Assembly: GCA_963667565.1 (NCBI GenBank)
Contig: OY763415.1
Location: 800,001-864,000, forward strand
Source of the DNA: Acholeplasmataceae bacterium
GTDB lineage: Bacteria; Bacillota_I; Bacilli_A; Acholeplasmatales; Acholeplasmataceae
DNA length: 64,000 nucleotides
Reading direction: 5' to 3'
Shown: in pieces, positions 1 to 11,097 of the stretch
Layout of the letters: each line of letters opens with the position of its first letter
How positions within the stretch are numbered: position 1 is the stretch's first letter
Position numbers and translations under genes: made by a program
Notes under the pieces: generated by a model
Told to the model about the DNA's origin: nothing
Database searches by the model: none
Seen by the model: only the letters and a program-made list of their open reading frames with translations

Positions 1-2
1 AT

Positions 3-329
3 GCCGTTGGTCCATTTGGTGTCATGGGTGGTTTTATGCAACCTCAAGGACATTTACAAGTTATTATGAATACAATCGATTTTAAAATGAATCCTCAAAC
101 GGCTCTTGATGCACCTAGATGGCAATGGATGAAAGATAAATCAGTTACAGTTGAAACATCAGTATCGTCTAAAATTATTGAGTCATTAATCAAAAAAGGA
201 CATGATATAAAAATTGAGACACAATCTGCTTCCTTTGGACGTGGTCAAATCATTTGGAGAAATAAAGATACTGGTGTCTTAGTGGGTGGGACTGAATCTA
301 GAACGGATGGTACAATTGCAGCATGGTAG
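3..329 (+). CDS. ggt: Gamma-glutamyltransferase family protein, C-terminal part (5' truncated by window edge)
   Basis: GPFGVMGGFMQPQGHLQV, ALDAPRW, FGRGQII and ESRTDG motifs typical of the GGT small subunit; frame is open from base 3. Confidence 0.9.
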   Translation, partial: AVGPFGVMGGFMQPQGHLQVIMNTIDFKMNPQTALDAPRWQWMKDKSVTVETSVSSKIIESLIKKGHDIKIETQSASFGRGQIIWRNKDTGVLVGGTESRTDGTIAAW

Positions 330-1525
330 ATAAAAAAGAAATCAAATTACATAAACTACTCGGATCTATCTTATCAATTAGTGTGTTAGGTTTTGGTGGA
401 GGTGCTGCTGTCATCCCATTATTTCATAAAGAAATCATTGAAAAATATCACTATCTAGATGATGATGAGTTTCAAGACATCCTTTCAGTAGCAAACGCTT
501 TACCAGGCCCTATTCAAACTAAGTTAGCAGGTTATATTGGTTATCGATTGAAAGGCTTTTGGGGTTTATTTTTAAGTTTATTATGTATCATTTTACCAAG
601 TTTATTATTGATGTTATTCTTCTATAACACCATTAATTATTTTAAAGATCAACTTTGGGTGAATCAGGCTATTTCTTCTGTATTTCCAGTCGTAACTTCT
701 ATGATGTTAATGCTTACTATCAATTTTATGAGTAAGTCATTTAAACAATTAAAAATTAAAAATTTGGTCATTTTACTAACAATAGATTTTTTATTTATGA
801 TTGTATTAGAGATGAATCCCGCACTCATCATATTAATTACGTTAGGTATGGTATTTGTACCTAAAATTAATGAAATCAAAAGATTTGTTTATACATTTAT
901 TGCATTAACTATCGTTTATCTATTAGGTTATTTTAATGTAATAGGTATCATTTTTAGTCAAAACTTGGATTTATCTTCTTCACTTAATGATATTCCTAAT
1001 TTATTGAAACTAAGCATTGCCTTCTTTATTCCTGGTATGATTGGATATGGTGGAGGTCCTGGCTCACTCTCACTGATCTCTTTTGAAATAGTTGATCAAT
1101 TTCATTTATTATCCTCAGATCAGTTTGCACTTGCTGTTGCTATTCAAGGTGCACTTCCTGGTGTGACTGCGACGAAACTTGCAGGTACTATTGGTTATCA
1201 AATCAGTGGTATCTTAGGAAGTATCGTATCTATTTTAGTCTATGTTATTCCATCTATGATCTTGATGGTTTCACTTCTTAATATCTTAAACAAGTATAAA
1301 CAAACAGCAGTTGTTAAAAGATTAACTTCTTATTTAGGACCTATTGTGATTATATTGTTAGCAAATCTGTCATATTCCTTTTTTGACCAATCTCTTATAT
1401 CGTTAGGTTTATTACAAACGCTCATATTTATTGTCATCTCTTTGGTGCTACTCGTTAAATTTAAACTGCATCCATTCTTTATGATTATACTCGCAATGAG
1501 CATGGGTGCTTTATTAACATTATAA
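323..1525 (+). CDS. chrA: Chromate ion transporter (CHR family, two-domain)
   Basis: Duplicated GFGGG/GYGGG and ALPGP/ALPG motifs in a multi-TM 400-aa protein; overlaps the ggt stop. Confidence 0.85.
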   Translation: MVDKKEIKLHKLLGSILSISVLGFGGGAAVIPLFHKEIIEKYHYLDDDEFQDILSVANALPGPIQTKLAGYIGYRLKGFWGLFLSLLCIILPSLLLMLFFYNTINYFKDQLWVNQAISSVFPVVTSMMLMLTINFMSKSFKQLKIKNLVILLTIDFLFMIVLEMNPALIILITLGMVFVPKINEIKRFVYTFIALTIVYLLGYFNVIGIIFSQNLDLSSSLNDIPNLLKLSIAFFIPGMIGYGGGPGSLSLISFEIVDQFHLLSSDQFALAVAIQGALPGVTATKLAGTIGYQISGILGSIVSILVYVIPSMILMVSLLNILNKYKQTAVVKRLTSYLGPIVIILLANLSYSFFDQSLISLGLLQTLIFIVISLVLLVKFKLHPFFMIILAMSMGALLTL

Positions 1526-1538
1526 AAAAAGGTTTTGA

Positions 1539-2807
1539 TCATTGATCAAGACCTTTTTGTTGATTTAATTTATATAATTCTTCAGCAGCAAAATGAAATT
1601 TAGTCACTGGATAAGATTGATCTTTTGGATAAATATAGAATGTATCATCAAATGTTGAAAATGAGAGACAATCACCTTTACCAAAATAATTATACTCAAT
1701 GTGAACACCAAAATTTGCTTGTATGGGTTTATGTATATCTTTTCCATCAATATATAAGTGGAACCCATCTTTATTATGTGTTAATTTACCTTCACCAATT
1801 CTATAATAACCTGTGCTATTTGGTAGCATATCAACAATAACATCTATTGAAACATCATAAAGACCTGCTTCTATTTGTTTTCTAACTTCACTTCTCTCCC
1901 AATTAAACCAATCAGGAATATGAGTGAATTTAGAAGTACCAGAAATATTGCTTAGATTTCCATAGAAATCCATGTGATAGGTTTGTTGACAAGATCTGCA
2001 AAATATTTTGTCATCTTTTGAATCCATCGTATGTTCCTTACCACAATGTGGACATTGATATAAAGGTTTATGAAGCCCTTCAGCTCTAAATGATTCTTTA
2101 ATTTTTAATTGTGTATCTTTTTGATATTGATAATCATCATAATAAAATGCTTCTTTTATCTTTTGATTGATTTCATCTACGCTTAATCTCTCAATATCTT
2201 CTTTTGAAAATAAGTAGGTAAGATCTGTTTTAGTTTTTACTTTGCGCTTTTTTAAATTCCAAACAGGCTGTCTTAAATAATGACCATGTGAGATAAGAGT
2301 AGCAACAGGTATTTTAGTGAGTTTAATTAATTTACCTAAACTATCTGGAAGTGGACTTGTTGTCCCAACAAGTGAATATCTAGCTTCAGGATAGATTTGA
2401 CAAACCACTTTATGTGTTAATACACTTTCTCTAATTTGTCTAATAATGACACTGTCACTAACAAATTTTCTTTTAGGAAAACATCCGACTTCTCTCATCA
2501 GCTGTTCTCTATTGATAAATCCGTCAACAGCAACGACATATGTTGATTTTCTTGGAAAAACGGCTCTTGTTGCTACTTTAAAATCTAAGAAACTATTGTG
2601 ATTGCAAAGCATCATATAAGGTTCCTTAAGATCTTTCATGTTATGTTTGACTATCTTGCTTTTAACTGCAAAAGTTTCTGGAAAACTGAGTGCCCACGCA
2701 AGTAATTGTAAATACCACTTTGCTTTTTTAGGCATGGCTTTCATGTCAAATCTTGGCATTTCTTTGACTTCGTCATATGATTTATAAACAATATCGCTGA
2801 TTTTCAT
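1539..2807 (-). CDS. Lysophospholipid/1-acyl-glycerol-3-phosphate acyltransferase family protein
   Basis: NHNSFLD (HX4D) and YPEA motifs; C-terminal CPHC...CRSC cysteine cluster. Confidence 0.8.
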   Translation of the reverse strand: MKISDIVYKSYDEVKEMPRFDMKAMPKKAKWYLQLLAWALSFPETFAVKSKIVKHNMKDLKEPYMMLCNHNSFLDFKVATRAVFPRKSTYVVAVDGFINREQLMREVGCFPKRKFVSDSVIIRQIRESVLTHKVVCQIYPEARYSLVGTTSPLPDSLGKLIKLTKIPVATLISHGHYLRQPVWNLKKRKVKTKTDLTYLFSKEDIERLSVDEINQKIKEAFYYDDYQYQKDTQLKIKESFRAEGLHKPLYQCPHCGKEHTMDSKDDKIFCRSCQQTYHMDFYGNLSNISGTSKFTHIPDWFNWERSEVRKQIEAGLYDVSIDVIVDMLPNSTGYYRIGEGKLTHNKDGFHLYIDGKDIHKPIQANFGVHIEYNYFGKGDCLSFSTFDDTFYIYPKDQSYPVTKFHFAAEELYKLNQQKGLDQ

Positions 2808-2910
2808 ATAAAATCCTCATTTACTTGGTGTAGCGATATTATAGCATATTTTTATAATCTTTTGATTTTCAAATAAAAAGATGCAACAAAACATTTGCAT
2901 CTTAATCGTT

Positions 2911-3621
2911 CTAAAATTGTAATTTAATTTGATTGCCAGTCACGAAATCACTTTCTTCACTTGCTAAAAATTCAATAAGTTTTGCAATATGATTAGGTGT
3001 GATGTGATCTTTAGGTAATTGATTCATTTCATCAGTTGCTTGACTCAGTGAATGATAGTGTTCAACTGGACCTGGTGATATGACATTAATGGTAATACGA
3101 TGCTTAAATGCTTCTTTAGACATATTAAGCAGTGTATCGGTTCTTGCTTTTTTAGCAGCATTGTATGAAAATGAAGGTGAAGGTATATCATCATTTGTAC
3201 CCATCGCAATAATTCTTCCCCATTTTCTTTTTTCCATATCTTTTAAAACGATTGGTACTAATCCATAAATAGGTGCAAGTTCCTTATGCATATCATCTAA
3301 TGTTTTTATTGGATCTATATCTTTGATTGCTTCTACATGAAATGATGCTCCTGGTCCAATATATAATAAATCAATGCGTCCAAACATTCTAATTAGTTGT
3401 TTTAAAATACGCTTTGACTCATCTATATCAAAAATATCAGCTTTAATCGCCATTGCTAAACCTTGATGATTGTTGATATAATCTACGATTTCAATTGCTT
3501 GCTCATCATTTGTGGAATAATTGATAATGACTCTATACCCAACTTTTGATAACGCTAGAGCAACACTTCTTCCGATCCCTTGCCCAGAACCACCTGTTAT
3601 TAATGCGACTTTTCTTACCAT
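2911..3621 (-). CDS. Short-chain dehydrogenase/reductase
   Basis: TGGSGQGIG Rossmann motif, YNAAK catalytic motif, NVISPG. Confidence 0.9.
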   Translation of the reverse strand: MVRKVALITGGSGQGIGRSVALALSKVGYRVIINYSTNDEQAIEIVDYINNHQGLAMAIKADIFDIDESKRILKQLIRMFGRIDLLYIGPGASFHVEAIKDIDPIKTLDDMHKELAPIYGLVPIVLKDMEKRKWGRIIAMGTNDDIPSPSFSYNAAKKARTDTLLNMSKEAFKHRITINVISPGPVEHYHSLSQATDEMNQLPKDHITPNHIAKLIEFLASEESDFVTGNQIKLQF

Positions 3622-3685
3622 TTCATCACCTGTTTCGATTTACTACTATTATTTTAACACATAAAAACGAGTCTAGATTGACTCG

Positions 3686-4219
3686 TTAACCATTTTTCTT
3701 CATATATGATTGATGTATATCATATGCTAAATCTTCAAGTTGATGTTTCTCATTTGTTATGACTAAATCAATATGCATCAATTGTGCTTTATCAAAAACT
3801 TTTTCATCATTAGCAATTCGTTTTTTGATCAATTCTTCTGCATCATGTCTTTGATACATACGATCCATACGTAACAATTGGTTTGCTTCTACATAAACAA
3901 TGAAAATATCATCTTTTATCTGTTGATATAATGCATTAGCACCATTTGGATCTACAATCACTAAACCTTTATGATTTACATCTTTTTTTTGAATTCCATA
4001 ATATTCATTTTGATAAATAGATACTTCAAAAAAAGCATCCTTGTTTTTGAGATCTAAAAACTGTTCTTTTGTCAAAAAATGATAATCAATATCGTTGACT
4101 TCATTAATTCTTGGATCTCTCGTTGTTGTTGTGATGCATTTTGTGTATCCATATGACTTAAAAAGAATTTTGGATAATTCAGTTTTTCCGCTTGCGCTTG
4201 CGCCTACTAGAACAATCAT
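3686..4219 (-). CDS. gmk: Guanylate kinase
   Basis: GASASGKT P-loop and TTTTRDPRINEVNDIDYHF signature. Confidence 0.85.
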   Translation of the reverse strand: MIVLVGASASGKTELSKILFKSYGYTKCITTTTRDPRINEVNDIDYHFLTKEQFLDLKNKDAFFEVSIYQNEYYGIQKKDVNHKGLVIVDPNGANALYQQIKDDIFIVYVEANQLLRMDRMYQRHDAEELIKKRIANDEKVFDKAQLMHIDLVITNEKHQLEDLAYDIHQSYMKKNG

Positions 4220-4327
4220 TTCTTCATCTCCTATGTCATATTATAACATAATGGTGACTTAAAAATTCGATATCTTTATTGTTTTTTAGTATAATAAAAT
4301 TAAGTCTAAATATGAAAGGGTAATAAC

Positions 4328-4819
4328 ATGAAAATATATAAAACAAACATCGATGCATTGACATTAAGAGAGACTCAAAAATCAGATAGTGAACTCATAT
4401 TTAGTTTTATCTATAAGCTTGCAATATATGAAAAAATGGAAGATCAAGTCATTGCAGATAAAGATTTAATTGCAATTTCTATTTTTGATCATCATCAAGC
4501 TGAAGTTTTACTTTGTTATGAACATGACACACCTATTGGTATCATGTTATTTCATGAAAACTATTCAACATTCATGGGACAAGCCAATATGTATATTGAA
4601 GATATCTATATTGATCAACCCTATAGACATAAAGGATATGGTACTGAACTTTTTGAAGTGGTTAAGAAAATTGCTGATGAGAGAAATTATGGAAGAGTCG
4701 ATTGGGTTTGTTTAAATTGGAATCAACCATCAATTGATTTTTACAAAAAAATTGGTGCAAAACCGCTTGATGATTGGATTTTATTTCGACTAAATACAAA
4801 AAAGAATTCTAATAAATAG
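4328..4819 (+). CDS. GNAT N-acetyltransferase (spermidine/diamine acetyltransferase-like)
   Basis: LAIYEK, YIEDIYI, YRHKGYG, LNWNQPSIDFYKKIGA. Confidence 0.85.
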   Translation: MKIYKTNIDALTLRETQKSDSELIFSFIYKLAIYEKMEDQVIADKDLIAISIFDHHQAEVLLCYEHDTPIGIMLFHENYSTFMGQANMYIEDIYIDQPYRHKGYGTELFEVVKKIADERNYGRVDWVCLNWNQPSIDFYKKIGAKPLDDWILFRLNTKKNSNK

Positions 4820-4830
4820 AATTCTTTTTT
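4796..4830. terminator. Probable bidirectional intrinsic terminator
   Basis: aaaaagaattct...agaattcttttt inverted repeat between convergent genes. Confidence 0.6.
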
Positions 4831-4833
4831 ATT

Positions 4834-6147
4834 TTATTTTTCTTTGATTAAATATGTTAATCCATAACCTATAAATAATACTAGAACACCAATTAAAGAA
4901 GGTATAAAACTTTCTATGAGCGTTGATATGAGCAATAAAATCATACCGAATATCGCAATCAGTGGAACTGTAGGATATCCAAATACTTGGTATCTTGGAT
5001 ATGCATCAACTGGTTTTGTTTTTCTAAATCTAAATAATGAAATAAATATCATCGTATTAAAGATCAATCCAGCAAATACAACAAATGTAAGTAGTGCATT
5101 AATATCAAAACCAGCAATAATTAAAATGATTGAAATCAGTGCTGATAATGCTAATGCATAAACTGGTGTTTTATATGTTTTATCTTCTTTTGCAAAAAAT
5201 TGAAAAAACAAACCATCAGCTGCCATTTTTTGATAAACTCTTGGAAAGACTAAAATACTACCATTGAGTGCTCCAAATACACTAATTCCAACAGTGATCA
5301 TAATGATGAGTTGCCCTGCATCACCAAAGAGTTGATATGCAGCATTAAATATAAACCATCCATTATATGCAGTTAGTAAATCTTGATATGCTACAAGTCT
5401 ATAAAGCGAAAAGATAAATAATACATAAATCATCATGACACCAACAATTGAAAAAGTTAATGCTTTAGATAAATTTTTCTTCACATCTTTTAATTGTCCT
5501 GCGACTGCGTTTAAATTTGTCCATCCCTCATATGCCCATAAAGTTCCAACAACAGCAAATCCAAATGCCACTAAACCATCAAAAAATGATAATGAACTTA
5601 GAGAAGATGTAGCTGTAAGTGGTACTCTTCCAATGATGATACCCATAACGATAATCATTAGTATTGGAATAAGCTTTGCGACCATGAATATGATTTGAAC
5701 AATTGCTCCAAGTTTAATACCAAAATAATTGATCACACTTAAGAGTAAAATGGATATGACTGCAACCATTTGTACCCATGGTTCAAGTGATATAAATATT
5801 GAAGACATCACTTGTCCAAATAAAATGGCCAATAAAGCGATACTACCTGATGATGATAATACTAAGTTCATGAATCCTGAAACAAAAGCGACTCTTTTTC
5901 CATAACCTTCTTTTAAATAAAGATAGTAACCACCATTTTCTGGAAATAACGATCCTAATTCAGCATAAGATAATCCAGAAAATAACACAATGATACCACC
6001 AATGACCCATGCTAATAATGATAACCAAATTGAGTTAGCTGCTCGATTTAATACTTGACCCCCTAAAAAGAAAATACCAGAACCAATCATAATACCAGCG
6101 ATGATTGATATGCCACCAAAGAGTGAAATCTGTCTTTCATCTTTCAT
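4834..6147 (-). CDS. APC family amino acid permease (LAT/SteT-like)
   Basis: MIGSGIF, YAELGS, GGYYLYL, LWAYEGW; many TM segments. Confidence 0.9.
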   Translation of the reverse strand: MKDERQISLFGGISIIAGIMIGSGIFFLGGQVLNRAANSIWLSLLAWVIGGIIVLFSGLSYAELGSLFPENGGYYLYLKEGYGKRVAFVSGFMNLVLSSSGSIALLAILFGQVMSSIFISLEPWVQMVAVISILLLSVINYFGIKLGAIVQIIFMVAKLIPILMIIVMGIIIGRVPLTATSSLSSLSFFDGLVAFGFAVVGTLWAYEGWTNLNAVAGQLKDVKKNLSKALTFSIVGVMMIYVLFIFSLYRLVAYQDLLTAYNGWFIFNAAYQLFGDAGQLIIMITVGISVFGALNGSILVFPRVYQKMAADGLFFQFFAKEDKTYKTPVYALALSALISIILIIAGFDINALLTFVVFAGLIFNTMIFISLFRFRKTKPVDAYPRYQVFGYPTVPLIAIFGMILLLISTLIESFIPSLIGVLVLFIGYGLTYLIKEK

Positions 6148-6255
6148 ATTTATCCTCCGAAATACTTTATTTTTAGTTTCTCTTAAATATCATAACAAAA
6201 TTAAATATAAAAACCTAAACATTTGATTAAAAAAGAACTGATTTTCACCAGCTCT

Positions 6256-7920
6256 TTAATTCTTTTTCAATTGATTATAATGTATTTTAGCTTCTTCAAT
6301 GGTTTTGTAAAAATGATTTTTACCAATCGCATCTACCAGACCTGCTTTTTGAAGTACTTCTAGTGGTTGCTTATTAATACCTGTAATATAGACTTCTATA
6401 TGATGTTTATAACATGTGTGTAAAAGTCTTCTAAAACCATGAAGTGCAGTTCCATCCATAAATGGTACATGTTTTAAACCTAAAATAATCAGTTCATTCT
6501 TTTCTCCAATTTGATTAATAGAATCGATGAATTTATCTGCTGCACCAAAGAAAAATGGACCATTAATTTCATAAATTAAAACGTGTTGATCAGCTTGAAA
6601 TTTTTGATTAGCTTTAGAAAAATCAAAAGATACATCATCGTCTTCACTTGCATCCAAACTTTTCATTTGAACTTCTGTAAAGTTTGACATACGTTTCATA
6701 AATAAGAATAATGCTAAGACCATACCTATTTCTATAGCAGTAACTAAATCAACTAAAACCGTAATCAAAAATGTCACCAATAAAACAAAAATATCGCTTT
6801 TGGGTGATTTAAAAAATAATTTAAACTCTTTGATATCACTCATGTTATATGCAACCACAATTAAAATACCAGCAAGTGATGACAGCGGTATGAGTGCTGC
6901 ATATGGCATAAATAATACTAATATAATTAGCAATACGATTGAATGTACGATACCAGCAAGTGGTGTTCTACCACCATTTTTTACATTTGTTACAGTTCTT
7001 GCAATAGCACCTGTTGCTGGAATACCTCCAAAGCATACACTAGCAATATTTGCAGTGCCTTGTGCAATCAGTTCCATATTGCTTCTATGTTTAGAACCAA
7101 TCATCCCATCAGATACGACTGCACTTAATAACGACTCAATACCACCTAGCAATGCAATTACAATCGCAGGAGCCATATAAGTGCTTATATCTGATATTGT
7201 TACATTTGGAATGGATAGTTTTGGTAATTGATTCGATAATTCACCAAATGTAGAACCAATCGTTGCAACATCTAAATTTAATAGTAGGGTAGCTAGGCTT
7301 GTCATAATAATCGCGACTAAAGCTCCTGGAATTTTTGATGTAAGTTTTGGCATAAATTTGATAACAGCAATCGTAAAAATTCCAATGATGACACTATACC
7401 AATTAATTAAATTTGGATTTGTAAAATAAGTAACCCATTTACCTATAAAATCAGCAGGTACAGATGTAAGTTCTAATCCTAGAAAATCTTTAATTTGTGA
7501 TGTAAAGATCGTAACGGCAATCCCAGTTGTAAATCCCATTGTTATTGGATATGGAATATATTTGATCACACTACCCAATCTTAATAATCCTAAAATGATT
7601 AAGATGATACCAGCCATGATTGTTGATATCACTAATCCTTGATATCCATATTCTAGTACGATACCAAATACGATAACCATAAATGCACCAGTAGGTCCAC
7701 CAATCTGAACTCTACTACCACCTAAAAAAGAAATAATAAATCCAGCAATGATGGCTGTATAAAGACCTTGTTCAGGACTTACTCCTGATGCAATTGCAAG
7801 TGCAATTGATAGTGGTAATGCAACAATAGCAACGATGACACCACTCATTAAATCTTTTAAAAATTGTTGCTTAGTATAGCCTTTCATTACTGAAAATAAT
7901 TTTGGTTTTAACTTATCCAA
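6256..7920 (-). CDS. SulP/SLC26 anion transporter with STAS domain
   Basis: VALPLSIALAIASG, GGSRVQIGGPTGAF, GPFFFGAAD; probable TTG start at 7920 after an AAGGGG RBS (ORF track extends to 7980). Confidence 0.9.
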   Translation of the reverse strand: MDKLKPKLFSVMKGYTKQQFLKDLMSGVIVAIVALPLSIALAIASGVSPEQGLYTAIIAGFIISFLGGSRVQIGGPTGAFMVIVFGIVLEYGYQGLVISTIMAGIILIILGLLRLGSVIKYIPYPITMGFTTGIAVTIFTSQIKDFLGLELTSVPADFIGKWVTYFTNPNLINWYSVIIGIFTIAVIKFMPKLTSKIPGALVAIIMTSLATLLLNLDVATIGSTFGELSNQLPKLSIPNVTISDISTYMAPAIVIALLGGIESLLSAVVSDGMIGSKHRSNMELIAQGTANIASVCFGGIPATGAIARTVTNVKNGGRTPLAGIVHSIVLLIILVLFMPYAALIPLSSLAGILIVVAYNMSDIKEFKLFFKSPKSDIFVLLVTFLITVLVDLVTAIEIGMVLALFLFMKRMSNFTEVQMKSLDASEDDDVSFDFSKANQKFQADQHVLIYEINGPFFFGAADKFIDSINQIGEKNELIILGLKHVPFMDGTALHGFRRLLHTCYKHHIEVYITGINKQPLEVLQKAGLVDAIGKNHFYKTIEEAKIHYNQLKKN

Positions 7921-8042
7921 TATAACACCCCTTGATTGTTCAAACAAAGATATTTTACGCTTATTAGAAAGAAAACACAATACATTTTTTGATTAAAGCA
8001 TAAAAAAATATCAAGTGTTAATACTTGATATTTTTCAATGAA

Positions 8043-8900
8043 TTATTTACCATTATATACTGGAAATAATTTAAGTAATCCATATTTCAATCTATTAATT
8101 TTATTTAATTTTTCCATGTCACTCTTCGAAATGATAAAATCTACTTTTGCATTGTCTTTCATATGCTCAATATTGGATGATTTAGGAAGTGCAATTGTAT
8201 TCAATTCTAGAACATATCTAATACATAACTGTGCTGGTGTGACTTTGTATTTTTCTGCTATTGCAATAATTTGTTTGTGTTTTAAAGCTTTACCGTGAGC
8301 AATAGGTGAATATGCTTCAACCAAAATATCATTTTTTTGACAATAATCAACTAAATGTTTGTCATAACGTCCAATATGAAGCAGTATTTGATTAATCATT
8401 GGTTTGATAGTGCAATGATCAATGATATTTTGAATATCATCTTCAAGAAAATTCGATACGCCAATTGCTTTAATTTTACCTAATTTATATGCATCTTCCA
8501 AAGCGCGCCAAACTTCAATATTTTCATCAAAAAATCTCTCTTTTTTTCTAAATTTAAGCCATGGTTGAGGTGCATGAATGATCATAAGATCAATGTAGTC
8601 AATATTCAATCGATCAAGACTTTTATTAATTGAATCCATGGCAGATTCATATGTTTTATAACCGGCATGGACTTTACTTGTTACAAAGAGTTCATTTCTT
8701 TTAATTCCACTTTCTCGAATACCTAACCCAACACCTTCTTCATTCATGTATGCTTGTGCAGTATCAATATGACGATACCCGAGTTCAATTGCATTTTTTA
8801 CGACACCTGCAACAATTTTATTATTAATAAGCCATGTACCTAAACCCAATTTAGGAATTTTAACACCATTATTTAAAATATAAAACTCATCTAGTATCAT
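8043..8900 (-). CDS. Aldo/keto reductase
   Basis: GLGTW, GYRHIDTAQAY, IGVSNF, EAYSPI, LPKS. Confidence 0.93.
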   Translation of the reverse strand: MILDEFYILNNGVKIPKLGLGTWLINNKIVAGVVKNAIELGYRHIDTAQAYMNEEGVGLGIRESGIKRNELFVTSKVHAGYKTYESAMDSINKSLDRLNIDYIDLMIIHAPQPWLKFRKKERFFDENIEVWRALEDAYKLGKIKAIGVSNFLEDDIQNIIDHCTIKPMINQILLHIGRYDKHLVDYCQKNDILVEAYSPIAHGKALKHKQIIAIAEKYKVTPAQLCIRYVLELNTIALPKSSNIEHMKDNAKVDFIISKSDMEKLNKINRLKYGLLKLFPVYNGK

Positions 8901-9129
8901 AGTTTTTCCTCATTTCTTAGATTTTAAAACTCATATAATCTATATATATATGTTATGTCTTAAGTTAGATTTAGTCAATAATAAATAAAATAATAACCTC
9001 ACGTACTAAATGACATAAGGTTATTAATCATTAAAAAGTTTATAAGCATCCAATCTTTCTTTGATTGTTTAATTAACAATTGCTTCAGCAACACCATCAT
9101 CAAATGCTAATGCTTAGACATGAGGTTTT

Positions 9130-9504
9130 TTATTTATTGTATATTTTATCAATCATTTTTATCAATTCTTCTTTACTGATGTCATAAGCATCACATAATT
9201 GTAAAGCTTCTTTAAGAGCATCTTTAATAATTTCACTTTTTTTAATATTTAAATCATTAGATGAGTTTTCTTTAACATATGAACCTTTACCTTTTATGGT
9301 ATATATAAAGTTATTAAATTCAAGTAATTCCCATGTTTTTTTAACGGTAATAATACTAACTCTTAATTCCTTAGCAAATACTCTAATCGAAGGTAACACT
9401 TCATCTGCACCTAAATCTCCGTTAATGATTTGTGATGATATTTGATCATATAATTGTTGATAGATAGGAACTTGTGAGTTATTTCTAACAACAATATTTC
9501 TCAT
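9130..9504 (-). CDS. GntR (YtrA-like) transcriptional regulator
   Basis: PIYQQL, LPSIRVFAKELRVSIITVKK, GKGSYV; coupled to the ABC genes. Confidence 0.9.
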   Translation of the reverse strand: MRNIVVRNNSQVPIYQQLYDQISSQIINGDLGADEVLPSIRVFAKELRVSIITVKKTWELLEFNNFIYTIKGKGSYVKENSSNDLNIKKSEIIKDALKEALQLCDAYDISKEELIKMIDKIYNK

Positions 9505-10139
9505 TTTTTAGCCTCGATAAAATTTTTTTGTGAACGTTTAATTGCTACATATGTTAATATCACAAAGATAATTATACCAGAAGCAAGTACGATGAGTTGG
9601 TTAATAACACTTCCTTCAAGGAAACGACTTACTGTTGTATTGACTAATGTAAGATATTCAACAAAAAATGCATAAATAAGGGTTACTACAGCTGCAAAAA
9701 TAGCAGGTTTACCAAAGAAATAAGCAGTTCTATAATAATAAGGAAGAAATGTGATATTAAAAATACCATACATTAAAATTGCAAGCCCGAAGAGTGAAAA
9801 ATTAATATCTAATGCAAAATTATACGTACCATATAAATAATTATGTAGTAACCCAAATAAAATTGCAAAGAACACATGAACTGCTTCTAAAATAACAATG
9901 GCCATCACTCTTGATGAGACAAATGCTTTTTTTGATACTGGAAGTATCGATACAAAATTTTGATCTTCTTCTTGGTTATATGTTGCGTGCATATTTGGAA
10001 CGGTAATCCAAAAGAAATACATAAATACAAGCATGAAAAACCAATTTGGAATGAGCATCAATGCAGCTAATAATATAGGCAACATGAAGAAAAACTTATT
10101 AATGGATATAGATAATTCTTTATAGAGTAAATGTTTCAT
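9501..10139 (-). CDS. ABC-2 type transporter permease
   Basis: Multi-TM protein, MKHLLYKEL start, ILPVSKK motif; overlaps the ABC ATPase stop. Confidence 0.8.
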   Translation of the reverse strand: MKHLLYKELSISINKFFFMLPILLAALMLIPNWFFMLVFMYFFWITVPNMHATYNQEEDQNFVSILPVSKKAFVSSRVMAIVILEAVHVFFAILFGLLHNYLYGTYNFALDINFSLFGLAILMYGIFNITFLPYYYRTAYFFGKPAIFAAVVTLIYAFFVEYLTLVNTTVSRFLEGSVINQLIVLASGIIIFVILTYVAIKRSQKNFIEAKK

Positions 10140-10984
10140 TTATTTTGCCCCTTTTCTGCATAATAGATCATGATATCATCTAAGCTAGGTTGTCCGTATC
10201 TTAGATTTTGATCTTCTTTAACATGCTTTGTTTCTATTAAACCTGTAAAACCTAGTGAATTTTCTTTAGATGCAACTAATTTGTCTGAAATTTTTTCTTT
10301 ATCTTTTTTTGATCCTGCGACAAGTTTATATTTATCAATTAAATCATCTTTTGTACTGCTTTCAACTATATGACCATTTTGAATAAATGTAATATAATCT
10401 GCACATTTCTCTAAATCGCTTGTAATGTGTGTAGAAAATAAAATGGTCACCTCTTCATCCTCTACAAGACTTTGGAACAATTCTAATAAGTTGTCTCTTG
10501 CTACTGGATCTAATCCACTTGTGGGTTCATCTAAAATAATTAATTCTGCGTGATGACTTAAAGCAAGTGCTATCGCATATTTAATTTTCATACCTTTTGA
10601 CAAATCATCTACTTTTTTATCTTCAATCAAATGAAATTCTTTAATGAGTTTTTGATAGATGTTATCATCCCAAGAATCATAAAATCTTTTATAAACATTG
10701 GTGATTTGTTTTAACTTTCTTTTTGGGTAAAATGGATCTCCTGATACAAAACCTATACGTTTTTTGATTTCGATCTCATGTTCATCTACATTAAGACCTA
10801 AAATAGCAACATCCCCTTTATCTTTTTTGATAATATTAAGCATTGATTTAATGGTTGTTGTTTTTCCAGCTCCATTTTCACCAATAAATCCCATGATGTA
10901 TCCTTTCGGGACATTTAAATTAATTTGATCAAGTAAGAAATGATCATATGTTTTCGTGACGCCTTTTAATTCAATTGCGTTCAT
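10136..10984 (-). CDS. ABC transporter ATP-binding protein (YtrB-like)
   Basis: GENGAGKT, LSKGM, ILDEPTSGLD; start moved to MNAIEL behind a GGAGGTG RBS. Confidence 0.92.
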   Translation of the reverse strand: MNAIELKGVTKTYDHFLLDQINLNVPKGYIMGFIGENGAGKTTTIKSMLNIIKKDKGDVAILGLNVDEHEIEIKKRIGFVSGDPFYPKRKLKQITNVYKRFYDSWDDNIYQKLIKEFHLIEDKKVDDLSKGMKIKYAIALALSHHAELIILDEPTSGLDPVARDNLLELFQSLVEDEEVTILFSTHITSDLEKCADYITFIQNGHIVESSTKDDLIDKYKLVAGSKKDKEKISDKLVASKENSLGFTGLIETKHVKEDQNLRYGQPSLDDIMIYYAEKGQNK

Positions 10985-11097
10985 GTTTACACCTCCACTG
11001 TGTTTATCATACATACACAGTATATACACACCTTAATCATAAGTCAAGAAAAAAGAATTATTTTTTTTTAAAGAAAAGAAAAAGACCTAAAAGGTCT

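Noticed and set aside
9069..9112. Minus-strand fragment LAFDDGVAEAIVN* resembling a Cof-HAD C-terminus
   Set aside because: Too short to separate from chance
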